A stretch of DNA of 64,000 bases from Dictyostelium discoideum (lineage: Eukaryota): positions 2,176,001 to 2,240,000 of the forward strand of contig CM000151.3 in the NCBI GenBank assembly GCA_000004695.1, in the 5' to 3' direction. Shown here in pieces: positions 12,569 to 37,616 of the stretch. Made by a program: the position numbers and the translations under genes. Below the pieces are notes generated by a model. The model was not told the DNA's origin, searched no databases, and saw only the letters and a program-made list of their open reading frames with translations. Position 1 is the stretch's first letter. Each line of letters starts with the position of its first letter.

Positions 12569-13199
12569 TATTACACGTGTATTATTATTATTATTATTAT
12601 TTTTTTAATATTTTTAAAATTTTTATTATTATTGTTACAAACATATCTAATTGATTAATTTTTTTTTTTTTTTTTTAATAGCCTAATTGGGATTTGTTCT
12701 ATTTTATATTTGTATTATAAATAATAAATGATTTGTATTGAGAATAGATCCCAATCCATTTTATTCTGCCTTTTTAATTTTTTTAATTTTCATTTAATTT
12801 TCATTTGCGGAATGCCTCTCAAAAATAAAAATAAAAAAGAAAAAAAATAATTATTAAATTTATTATTATTATTTTTTAATTTGATGTTATAGAAATATTT
12901 AATTTTTTTGTTTTTTTTTTGAAAAGCCACTAATTTATTCATTATCTAACATTGTATACCATTGAGGATTTTCCATTAACGAAAATTCAATGGGAAAATC
13001 ATATGAATTACTATATTGAAAGGTTAAATCTATTGATTCTAAATTTATTAAATGAAAGAATATTTGAAAATGATGATTCATTAAAGTTATTGTGTGTTGA
13101 AAGAAATAAAAATAAAAATAAAATAAAATTAAAAAATAAAATAAAACTTACAGTTCAAAAACATTTGCAAAATTTGAAATTTTTAAATTAAGTATATGA

Positions 13200-13660
13200 T
13201 GATCGAGTAAATAACACTCAAAAGAATAATAATTGGAAAAGGTTGATCAAAAGCCAATGATGAAAAAGTATATATGGCTAAATAAGTAATAGTTGGAATT
13301 GGTTTGTAAATAAAATTTATATCGTCAATATAAACTCTTTGAAGTTTTGAAAAACCATTAAATGGTTTCCAATTAATGCTATTGATGCTGTCAAGAAGGA
13401 AGGTTCCTATTTTTTTAAAAAAAAAAAAAAAAAATTTAATGCTGTTGAAGAACTTGTTATTTCTCTGTGCAAGGTCAAGAAGGAAGGTTCCTATTTTTTT
13501 AAAAAAAAAAAAAAATTTGTAAAAAAAAAAAAAAAAGGAACTTCGAAGGAAAAAAAAAAAAACTTACTTTCACTTATAATTAAATCTACGCATTGTATAT
13601 AACCAATAATTGAAATCAAAAGGAAAATAATTAATGTGTAAATTGATTACATTGTTAATT
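13200..13660 (-). pseudogene. Displaced or degenerate 5' exons of a receptor A/B-type gene (signal-peptide exon relic about 13570..13640, exon-3-like relic about 13205..13431)
   Basis: The minus strand reads (atgtaa)..TLIIFLLISIIGYIQCVDLIISES followed by GTAAGT, which resembles the receptor A signal-peptide exon but has a corrupted start codon. At 13431..13205 it reads KIGTFLLDSINSINWKPFNGFSKLQRVYIDDINFIYKPIPTITYLAIY.., homologous to A exon 3 (..EILSWSDFNGFTKLYYLYMAEVSVDQNFAYFPIPSIGYLSI..). A direct duplication of about 37 nt (13394-13430 and 13474-13510) repeats the start of that exon. No LRR exon is present between these relics and receptor B. Confidence 0.35.
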
Positions 13661-14389
13661 ATTTGAAAAAAAAAAAAAAAAAAAAAAAAATATTTTTAGA
13701 AAATTAATCAAAATAAAAAAAAAAAAAAAAAAAAAACCAATGAGAATTTATGGAAACAAAAAATCAATTGAACCCAAAAATATCTTGATTTTTTTTTTTT
13801 TTGAGAAAATATCCAATAAGAAAAAATGATGTATTATTATAGATATTTTTTTTTTCTTTTGGGAACCAAAAAAAAAATAAAAACAAAAATAAAATAAAAA
13901 ATAAAATAAAAAAAAAAATTAATTATTTTGTTACTTACCTTTCTGGTAACCAAAAGGTTTTGAATAATTCAGAACAATACATTCTTTTATTAAAAATATT
14001 ATTGGAATATTGTAATTAATTTTTTTTTTTTTTTTTTTTTTTTATAATTATAAAGACGAATTTGAAAGTGAATTTGAATTTGAATTACATTTTGGTATTA
14101 AAAATATTAAAAAAAAACCCTTTGTTTCGCTCGATAATTATTTTAATTTTTTATTTTTTTTTATTTTTATTTTTTTTTTATTTTTATTTTTTTTATTTTT
14201 TTTTAATTATTTTTTTTTTTTTTAAAATTTATTATATTAAAAAAAAAAAAACCATTGACACCACCACTAAAAGAGTGAATTAATAAAATATATTGATGTC
14301 AATAATAATAACGAATTTAAAAATATCTTTTTTATACTATTACTATTTATAGTATAAAGCAATAAAATATAATCACATATTAAGCAATA

Positions 14390-14429
<40 letters not shown>

Positions 14430-14438
14430 AAAGTCAAT

Positions 14439-17253
<2,815 letters not shown>

Positions 17254-17771
17254 TTAATTAATTAAATAATAAAAAAAAAAAACAAAAATAAAAAAAAAAT
17301 AAAAAAAAACATTACCAAATTTGGTAATGTTTTTTTTTTTTAAAAATTTTCGATTTTGACGTTTCATAAAAAAAAAAAAAAAAAGCGAGCTTAAAAAAAA
17401 AAAAAAAAAAAAAAAAAATTAAAAAAAAAAAAAAAAAAAAAGTTTATTGAAATTTTTTTTTTTTTTTTTTTTTTTTTCAATTTTAATAGAACATATATAC
17501 ACATTTTATAAACAAATAATATAATATGATAACACAATAACTTTATATTTTTAAAAAAAAAAAAAAAAAAAATTTTATACACTGTGTTAAGTTGTGTGAA
17601 TAAAAAATAATTCAAAGGAAAAAATTAGAGACGATAGTCAAAAAACATACAAAATAGAAATAAAAAAAAAAAAAAAAAAAAAACACACACATTTATATAA
17701 AAACAGACGAAATTTATATTAATATTTTCACTCAATAATATTCAAATAAATAAAAATCAGTAAAGTGAGAA

Positions 17772-25313
<7,542 letters not shown>

Positions 25314-25968
25314 ATAAAGTTAAAAAATATTTCATCATTTTACAATTTTTTTTTTTTTTTTTTTTTTCCACCATCTTACAATTAAAAACTTGTGGCATTT
25401 GGAAATCTCAAACTGTTGGGTACATTAGAATCAAAAAAAAAGCCAAGCTTGATGTAGCATGATTATCAAATTCATCCCAATAAAATAATAATAAAATAAA
25501 AAAATAAAAAAATAAAAAAATAAAATGAAAATATAAAATAAAAATATAAAATAAAAAAATAAAAATGCATTGTAAAAATTTAGTTTTTTTTTTTTTTTTG
25601 AGCGTCTCCAAACAATTAAACGATAATAAATTTATCAATTCCTTGATTGTTAGAACTAAATTTTTATAATGCATTGGTATTTTTTTTGAATTTTTAATTT
25701 ATTTTATTTTTTTATTTTTTTATTTTATTTTTTTATTTTTTTATTTTATTTTTTTATTTTTTTTTATTTTATTTGTAAAAAAAAACTAAATTTTTATAAT
25801 GCATTTTATAAATCAATAATTATTTCTTCGTTATTTCTTTTAAATTTAAGAGGAAAATTGGTCACCCTAATAAAAGATAAAAAAAAGAAAAAAAAAAAAG
25901 AAATCGTTATTTCTTTTAAATTTAAAAGGTCGGTAGCGAATAAAATTTCGTTTTTTTAGGTTTTTTAG

Positions 25969-26011
<43 letters not shown>

Positions 26012-26088
26012 GTTGCCACGTTTGGATGTTTCTGAAAAAAAAAAAAAAATTTATTTTAATTTTTCTATTTGAAGCAAAGTACGTGATC

Positions 26089-26240
26089 ATGAAAAGCTTT
26101 CATTTAATTTTTTCATATTTTTTTATTTCATTTATAATTATAAATAAAGTATACAGTATGTTTTAGTTTAGAAAAAATAATAAATAAATAAATAAATTCT
26201 ATTCTATCCATTATTTCTTTTTGATTTGTGGAAAAACTTA

Positions 26241-26280
<40 letters not shown>

Positions 26281-26675
26281 TATTCAAAGGTACAAATACA
26301 ATTACCCCCTTAATCTCATCAAAAATAATAAAAAATGAATATCCACATTTAATTAAAAATTGTACATATAGTTATTTATTAGAGATTCCAAGTGGATCGA
26401 TATCCAATATTACCAGTATAATATGCAATTATAATACTTTCCACACTCCTAGTTATCAAACAATTGGAAAAAATTTAAATGGGGATTATTCAATTTTATT
26501 TTCAGATATTAGCTTACCGATTGGTTCACAACAATTTAAAGTGATAATTATAGATTCAGAAGTAATTTCAAATGAAATTACTATACAATTAGAATCACCA
26601 TGTTCAGGTAATTTAATTTTTATTTATTAATATAATAAATAAGAAATATTATTAACTTTTATAATTTAATAAAAA

Positions 26676-26727
<52 letters not shown>

Positions 26728-29700
26728 TAGAATTACCATCATTAGTTTCACCAATTAATAAAAATCCAAGCGCAAATAAATGGATAATGACAAAATCAAG
26801 ATTATTAAATCAAATACCTACATTGGCTGTTTATTTATCAAATTTAAATGGGTTCATATATCCAACAAATAATAATAACCCACAAATAAATAGTTTATTG
26901 ATAACTTCGAATGGATTTATACAAATGGATAAAAACACATTTTTATTTAATTATTATTATTTATCGTTTTTAGGCAAAACAGATGATATAAAATGGTTAT
27001 ACTTTAATAATTCAATTATTTCTGACTCAATTATGTTTAAAAGCCCAGTTTCTGAAAGTATGTATATATATTTTTTTTTTTTTTTTTTTTTTCCAATTTT
27101 TATTATTTATTAATAATTATAAAAAAAAATATTTTAAAAAATTATTAGACTTTGGCAAATCAATGATAAGTGTATCTAGTTATCCTCAAGCGATAGATTG
27201 TAAAAATTTTAAAGTTTGTTATTTGGTTATAAATTCAACAATAGCTTTTGTGCCACTTTTGGGATTTATAGAGGATAGTACTGGAACAAGAGATGCAATG
27301 AATATCTATCCACTCTATGGAAGCCCAAATAATTCAAAACATATAGCCTATTTTAATTTTAATGATGATAATAAAAATGTTTATTCAGAATATTTTGTAA
27401 TGGGTTACTCTTCATATGAAAGTGTACAGAAATATAGAGCAAGTAGAAATATTACTAGTTTGGTTCCACCAGCGATTTCAAATGTTAAATCCATTCAAAT
27501 ATCCTATGCTCATTATGATCCATATTCATTAACCATTGCATATTTTGACAATGATAATCAAAGTCAAGTAACAAGTTTAGCTTTTGGTCCTTTCATTCAA
27601 TATGATAGAGTAACCTATCCGTTTGGCTTTTTAAAAGGAAATTCAAAAAACTATTCCTATGCCATTGGAATGGTTCTTCCAATATATTCTGATTTGCGAT
27701 CTTATTCTTTTATACCTCCCAGTGGAATAACCATTAAAATGGTGAGTTCAGTATATACTGGCGAAATATCAACACCAATTATATCATTGGTATCATTCAT
27801 TCCAAAGGTTGGTGATGGTTTAAAAACAATTTTAAGAATAACAGCGTCTGATAAAGTTTTTGGTTTATTTTATATGGAAACTCAACCATCAGGAATTAAA
27901 ATCATTGGAAGTGATTTGGTTGATGGTAATAAATTTAATGGTACCTATGAAAAATTAATTGATTTTTCAATTTATCCACCAATAACTTCAATTACAGCTT
28001 ATAATTTATATAACGCAGAATCAATTACTTTCACTATGAATAATCATCAATATCCAAGTAATATTCCATCAATTTCAGATATAACATTATTTAAATTTAA
28101 GAAACAAACGGTAGACCTTTCAACTGACAGTTTCATCAATACAATCTATATGAATTACTCAAATGCAAATATAAATTATAGACCAGGTTTTAAATTAATA
28201 ACAACATCAGAGATTGCAAGAGATTTTCAATGGTATCGTAATTATGATTACCTTGAATGGGATGAAACACTTCAACTTTTTAAATTAGACTTTTATATGC
28301 CACCAAGATTATTTACAGGTATTTTAGAGTATAGATTTAATTTTGCTTATGTAGATTTAGATCCAAATTCTTTATCAAATTTGTTAGTAGATAATTCAAT
28401 AAATGATAATAACGCAATACTTTCAGTTACTTGTGATTTTGCAGATGAAATGCCACCAATTGTAACAAAAATAAAATCTAGTGCTCAATCTTTTGATTTA
28501 TTATGGGATATTACATTTAGTGATGATATCAATGGTATTGAATCAATTAATGTTACAATTTCTAGTGAGTTTGATTTAGTTGGTGAAACCTTTACATTTT
28601 TCCCATCACTTGATGATAATAATAAATTGGTTACAGTAAGAATAAACAAAACAATTTATCCATATTCAAAGAGTCAAACTTATAGAATTTCAGAGATTGC
28701 AACACGTGATACAAGTGGACATTATGCCAATAGTACCTTTGAACCAAGCTTTCAAAATATTCTTAATCCATGGAGATTAACATATGATGATATTTCAAAT
28801 TTTGATTTTACCATTTCCAATGAATTAAATATTGAAGATAATGTACCAATTATTAATTCAGTTTTATTATCAACAAATTCTATTGATATTTCTACAGCAA
28901 ATAGAGAGTTAACTGTAACATTCAGTGTTTCAGATGATACAGGTTTTTCAAATAATAATCCAATAGTTTATTTTCAAACTAGAATGCTAGAAACTATTAG
29001 TGTAGTTGCAAATAAAACCAATTGTTCATCAGTTACTACTTGTAATTATCGAGTCGATCTACAATTTCCATTTTTATTTGGCTATCCAGAACCAATTTTA
29101 TGTTCAATCTATAGAATTGAAGATGTTTTTTTCAATTTTAATAGTTATAATTATCATAAAAATACATTAATTCATACAAGTAATAGTGTGTTAGAAACTA
29201 AACCAATTATTGAATCAACATCATCAATTACTCGAAATGGTGGTGATCTTATATTGAATGGTCATTGGTTTGGAATTGATGAAAATGCAATAACCATTAT
29301 GATAAGATATCTTGATTTACCAAATGAAAATATTACATCATCTTCATTTATTTATCAATTTGGTAGTGAAATTAAATTTAAAAAAATTAAAGCAAACAAT
29401 GGTGATTCAGTTTATATTAGATTAAAAGTTGGAAATCAACTTTCAAATGAATTTAAAGTTGTACCAATTCCATTAAACAATTGTCCAAATAATTGTAATC
29501 AAGATAAAGGGCAAGGTGTTTGTCAATCGGATGGTAGTTGTAAATGTTCAGATTCTAAATGGTTTGGTGTTGATTGTTCAAAACAATTTCATTACATTTC
29601 ATCGGTTTTACCATCAACAACCTCTGGTGGTGAAGCAAGTTTCATAGGTCTTTTTAGTGATTCACATGATAATATTTCAATTTCAATTGGTGGTTTAGAT

Positions 29701-30660
29701 TGTCCAATTTTATTAAATACTTCAAGTCTAATTAAATGTAATGCATCAGCAGGTATTGGTATTAAAAATGTAACATTGACACAAAATGGTTATACATTCA
29801 CTGCTCTTGATATTTATAAATATATTGAAATCAGCACATCTTTACAATGTCCAAATAAATGCTCAAATAATGGTATTTGTAATAGTACAACAGGTATTTG
29901 TAATTGTAAGATTGGTTTTGGTTTATATGATTGTAGTGCTTTAATTAATCTAGATAATGGTAATGGTGGAGGTACAAATACAACAATTGATACAGGTTCA
30001 AGTTCAACTAATTTCACAAATTCTGAAACCAATTTTCAAATTTCAATTAAATCATTAATAGAGGTTGATATTAATAATAATGTTATTAAATCATATTCAT
30101 TATTAAAAAATTGGTCATTTAATAAAACTGATAATGAATTTGAACCAAATAAATATATATTAAAACAAATTTTAAATAGTAATAATTCATCAGAATCAGA
30201 ATCAGAATCAAATGATAAAAGTTTTATAATTACTTCGATAATTGAAGAGATTAAAGATAAAAATGGTAAAGAATTTATTTTTGCAGGTTCAAGTTTTATA
30301 GTTCCAAGTGGTTCAATTAAATTTACAATTTCAATTTTAAATTATACATATCAAAGTAATTTAAATTCATTGAAATTGGAATTAATTTCATTGACTGATA
30401 ATAATAATAAAAGAACTGATTGTAATTCTAAATCTATTGAAATCGATACAAGTAATACGAATAATTTATCAACATTTAATTATATTAGAATCTCAAGGAA
30501 TAATAAAATTTTAGAAGGTAGATTTATAAATAAAGTTATGTCAGATGGTAGATCAACATTCTTAACTTCAACTACTAGAAATGATTCAAATTCAATTATA
30601 ACAACTTTAAATTTACCTCATTGTGTATCCGAATGTATAATTGATCCAGGTATGTTTATA

Positions 30661-30697
<37 letters not shown>

Positions 30698-30935
30698 GAT
30701 ATTAACTTTTTTTTTTTTTTTTTTTTTACATTTAGACTTTTCAATTTTAATTTCAAATGATTTTAAATCTAGTTGTGAAGATAATTCTCGAAAATGGTTT
30801 TTGCCAGTAGTAATTACTGTACCAATTTTAGGTTGTTTTTTATTGTTTGTTTTAGGTGCAATAATCTACAAGAAAAGTACAAGTGTAAAAGTTTTTGTTC
30901 ATGGTACTAAATTAAAGAAAATTAATGCTTTTTAA
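26089..30935 (+). CDS. Receptor C: signal peptide, N-terminal beta-rich domain, IPT/TIG-like repeats, EGF-like modules, TM and tail. Five exons: 26089..26155, 26290..26607, 26731..27057, 27149..30649, 30736..30935
   Basis: Exon 1 encodes MKSFHLIFSYFFISFIIINKVY followed by a GTATGT donor. Exons 2-3 carry the NCTYSYL and CSG motifs and end with the same CSG|GTAA donor as receptor D. The large exon has EGF-like segments (CPNNCNQDKGQGVCQSDGSCKCSDSKWFGVDC; CPNKCSNNGICNSTTGICNCKIGFGLYDC) and a C-terminal region homologous to A/B (KEFIFAGSSFIVPSGSIKFTISILNYTYQSNLNSL..GRFINKVMSDGRSTF..LPHCVSECIIDPG|GTATGT). The last exon encodes the TM FLPVVITVPILGCFLLFVLGAIIYKK. All phases are consistent. Confidence 0.7.
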
Positions 30936-31198
30936 TAATAAAAAAAAGAAAAAGAAATTCAAAAATAACATTAAAAAAAAAAAAATAAATGTTTTTCCCG
31001 TCACAGTATTTTTAAAAATTAAAACACTTTGTTGACCCCCTGATATGGTGTAATTTCGAAATATTGCAAATTTGGTTGGGTTTTACAATATCTTAAAAAT
31101 AAATGGTATTATGGAAATGAAAAAAAAAAAAAAATTAAGATATTTTTTTTTTGGAAAATAAAAAAAAAAATCAGATATTTACAAAAACAGAGTAAATA

Positions 31199-31231
<33 letters not shown>

Positions 31232-31278
31232 TGTTAAATTTTTTTTTTTTTTTTTTTTTTAACTAAAAGAAGATCAAA

Positions 31279-34200
31279 ATGAAAAATAATGTTTTATTAA
31301 TTATCTTAATATTTTCTCTTTTTTTATCAGTTAATTGTAATTTATTATTATTTATTTTTTTTTTTTTTTTTTTTTTTATTATTCAAAATATATTAACAAA
31401 AATAAATTAATTACAGCATTAGACACATTATTATTAGAATCAAAACAATTAATTTCAAAAACTTATTCAATTAATTCAAGTAATTGCACGTATGAATATC
31501 TATTTGTATTTGAAGCATTTGAATTTTCTTCACTATCAAGCTCTAATCAAGTTAGCTATTATGGAGGAGATTCAATTGTAAATAATCAAGTTTCAATAAG
31601 AGTTTCTAATATATCAATAAGGGTTGGTTCAATGGATATGTATATTTCAATTCAAACTAAATCAAATAAAACATTTAATTTATTTATTTTATTAGACGAA
31701 TCATGTTCTGGTAAGTTAAAAAAAAAAATAAAAAAAAAATAAAAAAATAAAAAAAATTATTTAAAAAACTAATAATAATTAATTATAATTAAAAAAAACA
31801 AAAGAATTACCAAATAATCTTCAACCAAAATATTATTTTAATAAGTGGATAAATATTAAATCAAGATTATTAAAAGATCCCCCAAAACTTACGATGTATT
31901 TTGAAAAATTAAATGGTATTGGTAACCCTTCAAATTTTTTAATAACTGGAAATTTAATTAAAAATACATCTACATTCTATCAGAGAGAGTTTGAAACAAA
32001 GATATTGGAATTTCCCTATACTTATACAACTGGAATTAATAATATTAAAACTGTTGAATGGTATCATTTCAATTCAATTGGGAATATAGTCGAATCAAAA
32101 GTATTCTCACTCCCTGTTTCTAGAGGTAAATTTAAAACATTTTAAAAAAAGAAAAAATATATATATATATTAATATTTTTTTTTTTTTTGATTCAATTAA
32201 AAATAGCACCAATTGTTTCTTCTTTTATTCATTTTCCAAACACTCTTTATTGGTCAATGCATGATAATATTATTTTTACATTCAATGTAACAAATACTGT
32301 AGATGAATATGTATTCGTTGGATTTAATTCATCAAATGTCAATCCAAACTATACTGATGCAATGAACATGTATCCAATTTACGGAAATCCTAAAAATGGT
32401 CAATATATGGGTTTTATAAATAATTTCAACGATTATGAAAATATTGAAACTTATTGGAGTGTTAATTGTTATGATTTATCAAATTCTATTAGAATCTATT
32501 ATACAAATAATAGAACTCTTTCATCATTAAAAATTCCACCAACTTCAAATATTTCCACTTATTCTTTATCTTCAAGACCATTCCAAACAAAAGAAAAAAC
32601 ATATTATATTGGAGAATATTATTTTCCTGTTCAAAGTAGTCCAGTTACAAAGTTTTATGTTGAACCATTTATTTTTATAGAAAAAATTAAATTCCCATTT
32701 GGTTGTACAAATGGAAATTCATTCAACTACACATATATTTTTAATAATTTAGTAACACAATATGTACCATTATCAAATTATCAAGTTATTTTTCCATCGA
32801 ATGGATATACTTATACCGACTATCCAGTTTATAATTCAAATACATCAAAACCAATTATAGAATCATTTTCATTTACACATATCGAAGGAATGAAAGCAGT
32901 ATTTAGAGTAACAATCGTTGATAAATATATTGGATTTTCATATGCAACTACATCTCCTTCAAATGTTAGAATTACAACAAGTGATTTAATATCAGGCAAT
33001 CAATATAATGGTACCTATGAAAAATTAATTGATTTTTCAAATCGTCGTCCAATTGCTTCAATAACAACATTTAATCAATTATTATTATCGTCTATAACTT
33101 TTGTACCATTAGAACATCAATTTCCAACTGAACTTCCACTAATTAAAGACATTACAACTTTTAAATTTGCTTCGTCATTAATAGACCTTTCAACCGATGG
33201 TTTTTTGAATACAATCTATATGAATTATTCAAATTCAAATATAAATTATAGACCAGGTTTTAAATTAATAACAACATCAGAGATTGCAAGAGATTTTGAA
33301 TGGTATCGTAATTATGATTACCTTGAATGGGATGAAACACTTCAACTTTTTAAATTAGACTTTTATATGCCACCAAGATTATTTACAGGTAATTTAGAGT
33401 ATAGATTTGGTTTTGGTTATTATGATTTAGATCCAAATACTTTATCAACCTTATTAGTAAACACTTCAATTAATATGAACAATCCAGTACTTTCAGTAAT
33501 TTCAGATTATGCTGATGAAATGCCACCAATTTTAATTGATTTTACTGTTCCTTCTTTTGTTATTGTAAACCCAACTCAAACATCTGTAATTAGTATTATG
33601 CTTACATTCAGTGATCCGATTAATGGTATTGAATCAATTAATGTAACCATTGTAAGTGAATATGATCTAATTGGTGAAAAATTTACTTTTTACCCTCCAT
33701 TAAGTAATAATAAAAAGGTAATTTTTTCAATTGAAAAGATAATTGAAGAGGGTTTTTGTAAAAATCAAACCTTTAGAATCTCTGAAATTGCAACTCGTGA
33801 TACAAGTGGGCACTATGCAAATAGTACCTTTGAAGCCTCTCACCAAAATATTCTTAATCCATGGATTCAACAATTTTATAATTTCAACTCAATTAATTGT
33901 ATAGTTAAGTGTCAACAAGATGATGATAATATCCCACCAAAACTTTCAGAATTTAAACTATCAAAAACAACAATTGATATTGGATCAATGGATAGAGATT
34001 TAATTGTAACATTTTCAGTTTATGATTTAGACAATAGAATATTTTTAAAAGATTCGCCAACAATTTATTTTACTACAAGCCTTTTTGATCAATTTTCATT
34101 GAAAGCTGAACTTTTTTCATGTGTAAATGATAGAAAAAATTGTACATATATTACACCTGTCAACATTCCATTTATGTTTGGGTATCCTGATCCAATTATT

Positions 34201-35697
34201 GTTTCAATCTATGGTATTCAAGATATATTTTTCAATTTTAATGGTTATAGTAGTAAAGAATTATTGAAAATGAATTTTAATCCAGTAATTGAAATTGAAA
34301 CAAGTAGAATTCCAATTATTGAAACCAATGGATCAATAATTACAAATCAAGGTGGTGATAATTTTTTAATTGGTCATTGGTTTGGTGATAATTCATCAAT
34401 TGTTCAATTAGCAATTATTTATTGTAATAATACTGAAATAATTAAAGATTTCATTTATAAAACTGGTAGTTTAATTAAATTCAAAACGATTAAACCAACA
34501 AATTATTCAATTAATTTTCAAGTTTCAGTTGATGGAATTTCCTCTTCAATCTATTCAATTCTACCTATTGGTGCTTCATTTAGTGATAATTGTATTTATG
34601 TAGAACCAACTAATTCACCAACTGATTTACCAACTAATTCACCAACTGATTTACCAACTAATTCACCAACTAATTCACCAAAAACTTGTTTATCGAATTG
34701 TAGTGGTAATAAACAAGGATATTGTAATAATGGAGGTTGTATTTGTTATTCACCATGGATTGGTTCGGATTGTTCCTCAAAAATTATTGATGATATAAAC
34801 CCACCAATCATTAAGAATGATACATCAACAACAATGACAACAAATAATACAAATAATGAAATATATTCAAGTTTAATTTCAATTATATCATTAAGAGAAC
34901 TTAATTTTGTTGGACAGGTTATACAAACTTATAATTTAACAGATTGGACTAAAATCAATAATTCAAACTATACTTCATCAACAAGATTCCAATTTAAAAA
35001 TGAAATTTTAAATCTAAAAACAATGAACAAAACTGAAATAAATGCTTATATTGAATATTTTGAAAAAGAAAAGAATATTACATTTGGTGATCAAGAATTT
35101 AAAATGATGAAATCATCAATTAAATATACAATTGAAATTGGTTCATATGATTTTTCATCTAAAATTAATAATCTTCAGTTGGTAATGTCTGCATCTTTTA
35201 TCTCATCTTCAGAGGAAGATGTTTGTTCAAATAAAGAATTTGGAAATTCAACAGACGATTATTCCAATTATTTAAAAATTCAAGTTAATGATCATTCTCT
35301 CTATGGTAGATTTATTAAATATGCAATTGTTGATAATAGGACAAGCTCTATAATTAATGAACAATTAGATTCATTAATGAACCCAATTTCAACTTCAAAT
35401 AAACAACAAACTTTTATTGGTATAACTTTACCAAATTATGAAAATTCTGTCGTTATTGATCCAGATTTCCAATTATTACTTGATATTGGAACCACTGCTA
35501 AAAACAATGACAATTCAATTTGTAATCATAATTCAAATAATCATGGGCTCAGTTCTTCACAATTGGCTGGTATAATAATTGGATCAATTTGTTTTTTTGC
35601 AATTATTATTGTTTCAATAATCTATACAATTTTAAAAAAAAGAAAAAATATTCAGTTCTTAATCAAATTAAAGAAAATTGAAAAATATAATAATTAA
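31279..35697 (+). CDS. Receptor D: tandem paralogue of C with the TM encoded inside the large exon. Four exons: 31279..31336, 31417..31710, 31805..32125, 32207..35697
   Basis: The signal peptide is MKNNVLLIILIFSLFLSVN followed by GTAATT. Exon 2 ends at ..DESCSG|GTAAGT and exon 3 ends at ..SLPVSR|g GTAAAT. The large exon shares with C the blocks GTYEKLIDFS and YRPGFKLITTSEIARDF.WYRNYDYLEWDETLQLFKLDFYMPPRLFTG, has (PTNS/PTDL)n tandem repeats and EGF-like spacing (CLSNCSGNKQGYCNNGGCICYSPWIGSDC), and ends with the TM AGIIIGSICFFAIIIVSIIYTILKKRKN. All junctions are phase 1 and consistent. Confidence 0.7.
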
Positions 35698-36461
35698 ATC
35701 TTTATTTAATAGTAAATTTAAAAAATAGTTGCAAAAGCAACACCTTGATAGTAAAAAAATTAAATATTTAAATAAATTATTATTTTATAACAATAACTTT
35801 TTTTTTTTTTTTTTTTTTGACCATAATTTTTTTTTTTATATATTAATTTTAAGTTAATGGGGTACCCAATCCCAAATTGTTTCAATTTTCCTACCCTGGT
35901 AACATTCAAGAAGAGGCCTGTAAAAAAAAGGTTTTATTTGAATCTTTCCAAATAAAAAAAAATAATAATAGAATCAAATATCTAATACAACACAAGATTT
36001 ATTATAATTCAATGGTTTGAATTTCTTGATTGAAAATATTTTAGAATAATAAAAAAACAATAAATAAATATTTAAAAATTAAATTTAATTAGGTTTTTGT
36101 TTTTTTTTTTTTTTTTATTTATCTTTAAATTTTCTAAAATTAAATAGTTCTAGAATGAACTTGAATAAATCTATTAATTTTCATCACTAAAATTTACTAC
36201 TATTATTATTATATTAAAAGCTTTTTTTTTTTGGTTTGAAATAATTTACAAAGTTTTTTTTTTTTTTTTTTATTATTCTTTTTTTATAAAAATTATAAAA
36301 TATATATGATCTAAATTGTTAATTTGATTTATACTACTGGGAAACTTGCAGAACTGGCAATACCACAGCTATAAGTTAAAATTTTAAAAATAAATGATTT
36401 GTTAGTAACTCTATTCTGTATATTAATATATGTATATATATATATTTTTAACTTGTAGTAC

Positions 36462-37616
<1,155 letters not shown>

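Noticed and set aside
12952-13191. ORF MYTIEDFPLTKIQWENHMNYYIERLNLL...KNKNKIKLKNK
   Set aside because: The second half is a poly-K/N translation of A-rich sequence, and the first half is short with no family resemblance. It lies inside the rearranged region, so it was left unannotated.
31021-31080. The sequence gttgaccccctgatatggtgtaatttcgaaatattgcaaatttggttggg downstream of receptor C, considered as a tRNA or small RNA
   Set aside because: It has no T-loop (GTTCGAATC-like) or anticodon-stem structure and no recognisable small-RNA motifs. It is most likely part of the 3'UTR.
35851-35935. A GC-richer intergenic block (ggggtacccaatcccaaattg ... cctaccctggtaacattcaagaagaggcctg) considered as a possible small ncRNA or DUSE-like promoter
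   Set aside because: It lacks the DUSE consensus ((A/T)CCCA(C/T)AA), and a class I RNA or snRNA start would be expected roughly 60 nt downstream of such an element but none is present. It is not tRNA-like. I have no positive evidence for an RNA gene.
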